From NCBI GenBank assembly GCA_051530055.1, contig CM121342.1:3223489-3287488 (forward strand): 64,000 bases of DNA, given 5' to 3'. Source of the stretch: Neoechinorhynchus agilis. Lineage: Eukaryota; Animalia; Acanthocephala. The position numbers and the translations under genes are program-made. This document shows, one piece after another, positions 58,620 through 64,000 of this stretch (within the stretch, counting starts at the first letter, position 1; every line of letters starts with the position of its first letter). Below the pieces are notes generated by a model. The model was not told where the DNA came from and ran no database searches. It saw only the letters and a list, made by a program, of their open reading frames with translations.

Positions 58620-58940
58620 TTAAAAGCAACACGGTATCCATGGCCGAAAGCACGGATAGTAAAACGGATAAAGGAATCCCCATGGAAAGAATGGAACGAA
58701 TCCCCAGAAAAAGAATTTACCATTAACTATCTTTTTTGGTATTTTGTCGTCCTTCTGCAGCAACTCAAGATCCGCCTTTGAGATATCATCTTCACTGAAC
58801 CATTTGCCCTTCGACTCCATGTCCGCGATCTCAATCTGACCTGAAGATTCGACTGTTGCATCTTTATTTTTCGATTTGACAGTTATATTTTCACAGAAAC
58901 AAAGAAAGACGACGAAAAGTAGAAAGATTGCGACTTTCAT
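58620..58940 (-). CDS. Secreted prepropeptide, family B copy 2 (Phe/Trp/Pro/Cys-rich mature part)
   Basis: Signal peptide, acidic pro-region ending IPKKIVNGK, then FFFWGFVPFFPWGFLYPFYYPCFRPWIPCCF. TATATAAG lies at 58970-58977. Confidence 0.85.
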   Translation of the reverse strand: MKVAIFLLFVVFLCFCENITVKSKNKDATVESSGQIEIADMESKGKWFSEDDISKADLELLQKDDKIPKKIVNGKFFFWGFVPFFPWGFLYPFYYPCFRPWIPCCF

Positions 58941-59309
58941 TTCGTTATCGAACGTAAGCGTATACGGATCTTATATAGACTTGGATTTTGTATGGTGTTT
59001 TCCACTTGAGCTTTGAGATTTAAGCAAAACGGAAAGCATTGTCTCAAAACAAGTAATATTGTTTATAGTCAATTTATCGCTGATCAACAAGCATTTCATT
59101 ATTCGAAATTTATGCATATCGTTTTGTTGAAACAAATAATCAGTTGCTTAGTTTTTTAATAATTCTTGGTATTTCAGCAAGGTAGTTAAAGGTATTTAGC
59201 ACCCTTGAAGATCATAATTAAATCCAGGGCACAGATTTTACACCAAACAATGCCTGAAATGTGATTGGCTGCTGTAATTGGTATAATTTCGATATGTGGG
59301 AAGGTGCCG

Positions 59310-59452
59310 GATTTTTATTAAAGACATTCGTCGAACCTCGTCGGGTTAATCATCAGTTTGTAAGTTATTAAATCGAATATTACTAACTAACTGTTGATGA
59401 ACCCGCCGAAGTTCGATGGACGTAAAAAAAATCATTTACCATGTGAAGACCT
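59310..59452. mobile_element. Fold-back MITE-like element (AGGTCTTCAC family), copy 2
   Basis: TTATTAAAGAC..TCGGGTT.ATCATCAGTTTGT.AGTTATT..GTGAAGACCT aligns with 50583-50744. Confidence 0.75.
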
Positions 59453-60142
59453 AAACAATAATTCCGATTAGCAAAAGTCAAAAATTAAAAATTGTGGTCA
59501 TCATTTTTCATGTACAAACAAAATTCTGAAGACAAACCAAAATAACATGAGGCTTAAAAAGTCCAAACATTACAGTCTATTTCGAACACGATGACTGTTC
59601 AATAACAAAGATAACAATATTAGCGCCAAAGGCAGTTAATAATCTTAATATTTTCTGCTATTTTCTCTTTTTCCGGTCCGTTCGAGCGTTGCTATTACGG
59701 AAACGATTCACCATGGCTTAGATGGATACTCCAAACGAACTAAACAATATTCAAGATGGATTAGATTCTGAGAGGTTTTGTTGAGTCTTTTTATTTCAAT
59801 TCCAACCGCAGTAAACGATGGTGATTACTTTTTATCTTTAACAGACACGTTCGTTGTCATACCAAATCTTTTCATTTCGGTGATGCTTCAAACCGTCCGC
59901 TCCGCTTTATTCATGAGATTTTCCTTCACATTAAAGCGAACCTTTGCCTTCTGTTGGTAAATTATTTTACAAAAAATGTGATTTATTCGATATTCCAAGA
60001 ATCAAGCAATGGTGGAGAAAATGATTGGCTGGTCTTGGAATCTCGTATTGTTGGTGCCAATCATCGTGTACGCGGCATGTAATTTGATGACGAAGAGCTA
60101 TGATTTTTGTCAGAAACATGAGCATCAACAAGCAGCTCCATT

Positions 60143-61322
60143 TTATTGAGCATTTTTTGTTTCATTAAAACAGTAAATTATATAAATGTTTTTCATATTG
60201 CCGCGTTGCATCGCAACGCTGATTCGCTGCAGCAGGAAGCTGCTGGAGCGCATATCGCCGGTGGCATATTTCAGTATCTTTCCCAGTCGAGAAAGGAAAT
60301 AATCGGCTTCTTTACCGAGACATCCCAGTGTATCCACCGCAATCGGGATGAAAATATATTGATGCCCATCGAGCGAGGAGTACTTCTGCCGCTTCTTTTC
60401 CTCGCTGAAGCTGGCGACTGCTCCCGCCTTTGAGGTGCCATCCCGTAACTGCGATCCTGCGAGCGTGTTGGGGCAGGTAAAATCCCAAACCAGTATTTTC
60501 CCGGAGCACCATGGGAGGAGAGTCGCTCCATCAGGGCGTTTACCGTCGTTCCGGGAGAGTCCGACTGGTTCGAGTTGAGCAGGAAAACCGGCCGTTGAGA
60601 GGGCATCCTTGATTATGCGGTTGACTGCTGAGTGCCGTGCGCGGCGAGCATTTGAACGCTTGCAGTCAAGGCCGTGAGTTTTCGACCTATTCACTATTCC
60701 ACCGCACCGACATGTATATGAGTCTGAGAATTCGATGCCCAACCGAAGTCCCATAGCGACGGTGATGGCTTGGTCATCCAGCCTCGTGCCAACAGCCGTG
60801 ATCGGGAAGCTGAGACTGCCAGGAGACTAGCTCAATCGGTGGGAGATAAGCATGAGTTGAGAAGCTGCTGATAATACGCAGTGTTGAGCAAGGCAGTCCA
60901 ACGTTCTTGAGAGTTTGTTTCGGTCAAAACGACCTGCCCGAACACTGATGTCCATTGAGCGTGCATTTCAATCAGTTCAGGTGGTGGGTGCGACTCTATT
61001 CGAGTGTGTGGTTGGATGATTCTCAGCACCAGGTCTGAAGAGACCGAAATCGATGACGAAAATGCAATAATTGCTAATTCGGTGGCACTCTGGATGCCAA
61101 GACCGCCGAATCGAATGGGAAGGATCGCCTGTTTCCATGTTGCGTCGGTGTTGGTGGACAACCTCTGTCATCGCGGTGCAGCTTATTGAATTGAACGCGT
61201 TCTCCATGTCAAACTTGACCATGGTCGTTCCTTTATGGCTACCATTCCGACTATTCGCTCGTGATGCATGTACGGTCGCCTCGGCTCCAGCAGGAGATTT
61301 CGGTCACAAAAAATATGTTTGA
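60143..61322 (-). mobile_element. CRE-like non-LTR retrotransposon, internally deleted (partial RT + CCHC + REL endonuclease)
   Basis: KFDMENAFNSI, LPIRFGGLGI, CRCG..HGLDC..RH, KRPDGATLLPW..WDFTCPNT, EEKKRQKY and QRISVAMQRGN. Confidence 0.85.
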
Positions 61323-61699
61323 AAGCAACTTGCGATAAAACACGAAATAAAATAGGGTCATTGTAAATAAAGACAAAATTGTACATAACCTAAATTGTTG
61401 ATTTGTGGTAAAATTGTTAAAAAAGAATGATAGAAAAACTATTAATTGCATTGTATCCAAGATTTAAATCCATGGAAATAAGACTCTCTGTCACGTATAT
61501 TAACAGTTGGGGATAAAAGTGTATTTTATTAATTTTCAACGTCTCAAACATGAATGTACAAAAGAGTTATGCGTTTATTAGGCCAAAATCTATCCCATTA
61601 AAAAACTTGCAAGGTTGCATCTTCTAAAAAGTTTGATCCTATCAGATAAAATACATCCACAAAGGTAACTAAATTCTTTTTTTCACGATAATTATTTAG

Positions 61700-62290
61700 T
61701 TAGTCATAATCTAAGGAGTCAAAGGCAGTATTGTTTTCTATTTGGTTACTTTTCTTTACATTCACCACCTCCCACCAAATTCCAGCTTTTGTCCTTCCTC
61801 GACCGTCGCCATCACGCTGGCAGCATTGCCCCGTTGTACTGCCAGCGAGATATTTTGTCGAAGAAATAAGCCTGCTCTTGAGTCTCCGGTTGCCTCTCTC
61901 AATTTCTTCGAGAGATCCTTGAGCAGAGAGAGTGTCGAGCTGCCGAGCGCTCCATACGTCTCTACCCCAAAGGGGACAAAATAGTGAGCCCTCGATAGCT
62001 GCATATATTTTCGTACCTTCCTCCCTTCCGCTGCACTGGCGGCACCACCGGCGATTTCGAGGGAGTAGGGGATGTTGCTGGCTGCGAGGGTGTCCACACA
62101 CGTGGCGTCCCAGAGAAGGCATTTGCCCTCCCGCCACGGGAAGACCGAAATTCCATCGGGCCTACGGCCGTCTAGTCTGCAGAGGTGGGCGGGTTCCAGG
62201 ATGTTCGGGAAGTTCGCTGTTCTCAACGCCCGAGAAATTGACGGCGGTGGTGGCATCGTTGACGGCGGTGGTGGCATCGTTGACGGCGGT
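61700..62290 (-). mobile_element. Second CRE-like REL-endonuclease 3' fragment
   Basis: RRPDGISVFPW..WDATCVDT..AEGRKVRKY..FVPFGVETYG..QNISLAVQRGNA. A 21-bp tandem repeat sits at its 5' junction (62239-62289). Confidence 0.85.
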
Positions 62291-63666
62291 TAACTAAAAA
62301 TATAATTTTCGATAACCGAACTTTAAATGGTTCCGCTTCTTTGGCAGAGAGTCTTCAGGTTAACATCATCGATCAGTTTCACTTCTTGCGATGGTTTCAT
62401 TTTCTATATTAATGTTTTTAATTTTGTCTTAAAAATACTACGCCATCGCACATCAGTAGCAAATATCGATTTTCCTCGAACCCAAGCAATTAAGAATGTG
62501 CCGATCGTAAAGTAGGATGAAATCAATGGAGATTACTTTAAAATAACTCATTCTTGTAAGTCAAAAAGTTTAGAAATGTTGCACTTAAATATTTGCACAT
62601 TTTTGAGGATAGAAACTGGCGATATTCTGGATATATTTTATCGCATCGTTGGGTTTCATGAACGGTTCCTTGTTTAAATATTTTTGAACAACTTTTTTGA
62701 AAAATCCTTTGACTTTAATTCCAAACTTGGGATGACATCGGTTAAATTTACAATATAAAAATTGGATTTATTCGAGCAATGCCGTCAGTATATTAATGCA
62801 CCTTCCAGCGTTTATTTGGAAACAACTTTCCATAACACCAGTACTGGTTTCGCTTGCCGAAAAATAAACTAAAAGTCGTTTATTTTTAAAAGGTGTCTTA
62901 AGTTATACGATTCATTCTAGAGAGAAATATTACTTTAAATTTCAAGTGGCGAGTCTGCATTGATCTTCTTAACAAATGGCAATGAATTTAGTTCGCTAAA
63001 ATTTATCTCGAAATCTGCTTTATAATTTTTGCGTGTCAAATCGATTTCCGCAATTAAGAACTTTTTTCCGTCGGTGATTTCGTAAAATTCTAACCTCTAT
63101 TTCTTACTTGTAATACAGAATTTCTCACTTCAATACCTTCAAGATAAACTATTTTGCGTCCTCGTCGACTTTTTTTGGGCTAATCCACATTTGGATTTCT
63201 TAGTTAAATAATGGACCTCATCATGGCAAAACGGATGCTATATAAGATCTTCAAGGCAACATGCGAGCTTATTCAAAGTTTTTGAAACGATTCAAATCAC
63301 CATCATGCAAGCAAGCGTCAATGTTGACGAACTGTATTTACTAACGATTGTTACTTTAGGCATCGCAAAAACATACATTTAAATGTTGTTTGCTGCTATT
63401 CAGAGCTTGTGATAAATTGTGGAATATGTCGTTCAAGACTTTCAAAATGCTCGCAATATCCACGATTATTTTTATTTGGTTTATATCTTTCATATTTCCG
63501 TCACAAAGAACAGGTTAGAAAGTAGACGTTATCCTGATTTCTATTTTTTTATAGCCCGAGATTTGTACTTTATAAAGTATCCCAGCAAAGAATGGGGAAC
63601 TTTACTAAATACAGGTAAGATTTTCTGTTATTTAATAGCAAAAATTTGATTTGCTCCCGGTTTAGA

Positions 63667-64000
63667 GACTGATAAAAGTTGTATCGCAAAGCTGATTGGC
63701 ATTACCATCGATGAGAAACCCGATTCGGATATCGTTGGAAATCGCGACATGGAAAAGCTTATTAATTATCTAAACCAAGCAGACAAGAAGGATCCACAGA
63801 CTGCAATCAACGGACCATTGACCTCCATCAATAAAATGTACGGTGGATCGCCATTATTACCTGTATCGACACCAAATCCAATGTCACGACCGGCTAATTA
63901 TCCTATCGCCTCGTCTGGTGAATCAGTACACGGAATGGGATCGCCGATGAAAGTCGGATCTTCACCAGAAACGGAACCAATCGAAATGAAAAGCTTAACT
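63667..64000 (+). CDS. Partial exon of an unknown gene running off the window end
   Basis: Stop-free frame after a tttag acceptor: TDKSCIAKLIGITIDEKPDSDIVGNRDMEKLINYLNQ...EPIEMKSLT. Confidence 0.5.

Overview
AT-rich animal (metazoan) genomic DNA with mostly short (~40-70 nt) GT-AG introns, weak splice signals and very dense repeats. It is not prokaryotic, and I found no rRNA, true tRNA or CRISPR. The species cannot be determined from the window. Recognisable genes: a sigma-like GST, a FAM20C-family kinase, a ~16-intron focal adhesion kinase (FAK), an intronless divergent actin, a BRCA1-like RING/tandem-BRCT gene, DPH1, a divergent TGF-beta ligand and an Emi1/FBXO5-like ZBR protein. Orphans include two pairs of paralogous small secreted prepropeptides, a secreted 62-aa-repeat protein and several membrane proteins. 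Repeats include two decayed RTE-clade LINEs, CRE-like REL-endonuclease fragments, many fold-back (MITE-like) elements (two amplified into head-to-tail arrays), satellites and a (CCA)73 tract. The most striking observation is a tRNA-headed SINE family whose copies at 37.5 kb and 52.6 kb jointly reconstruct a full hammerhead-ribozyme core, with its three strands in a non-circularly permuted (pseudoknotted) order. Other leads: FAK lacks its catalytic-loop Asn and regulatory tyrosines, FAM20C carries a 65-nt TIR-bearing insert with no in-frame GT-AG solution, and BRCA1 may have an exonic poly-Pro. All alignments, translations and folds were done by eye. Exon boundaries are approximate, and single-base assembly errors cannot be excluded.
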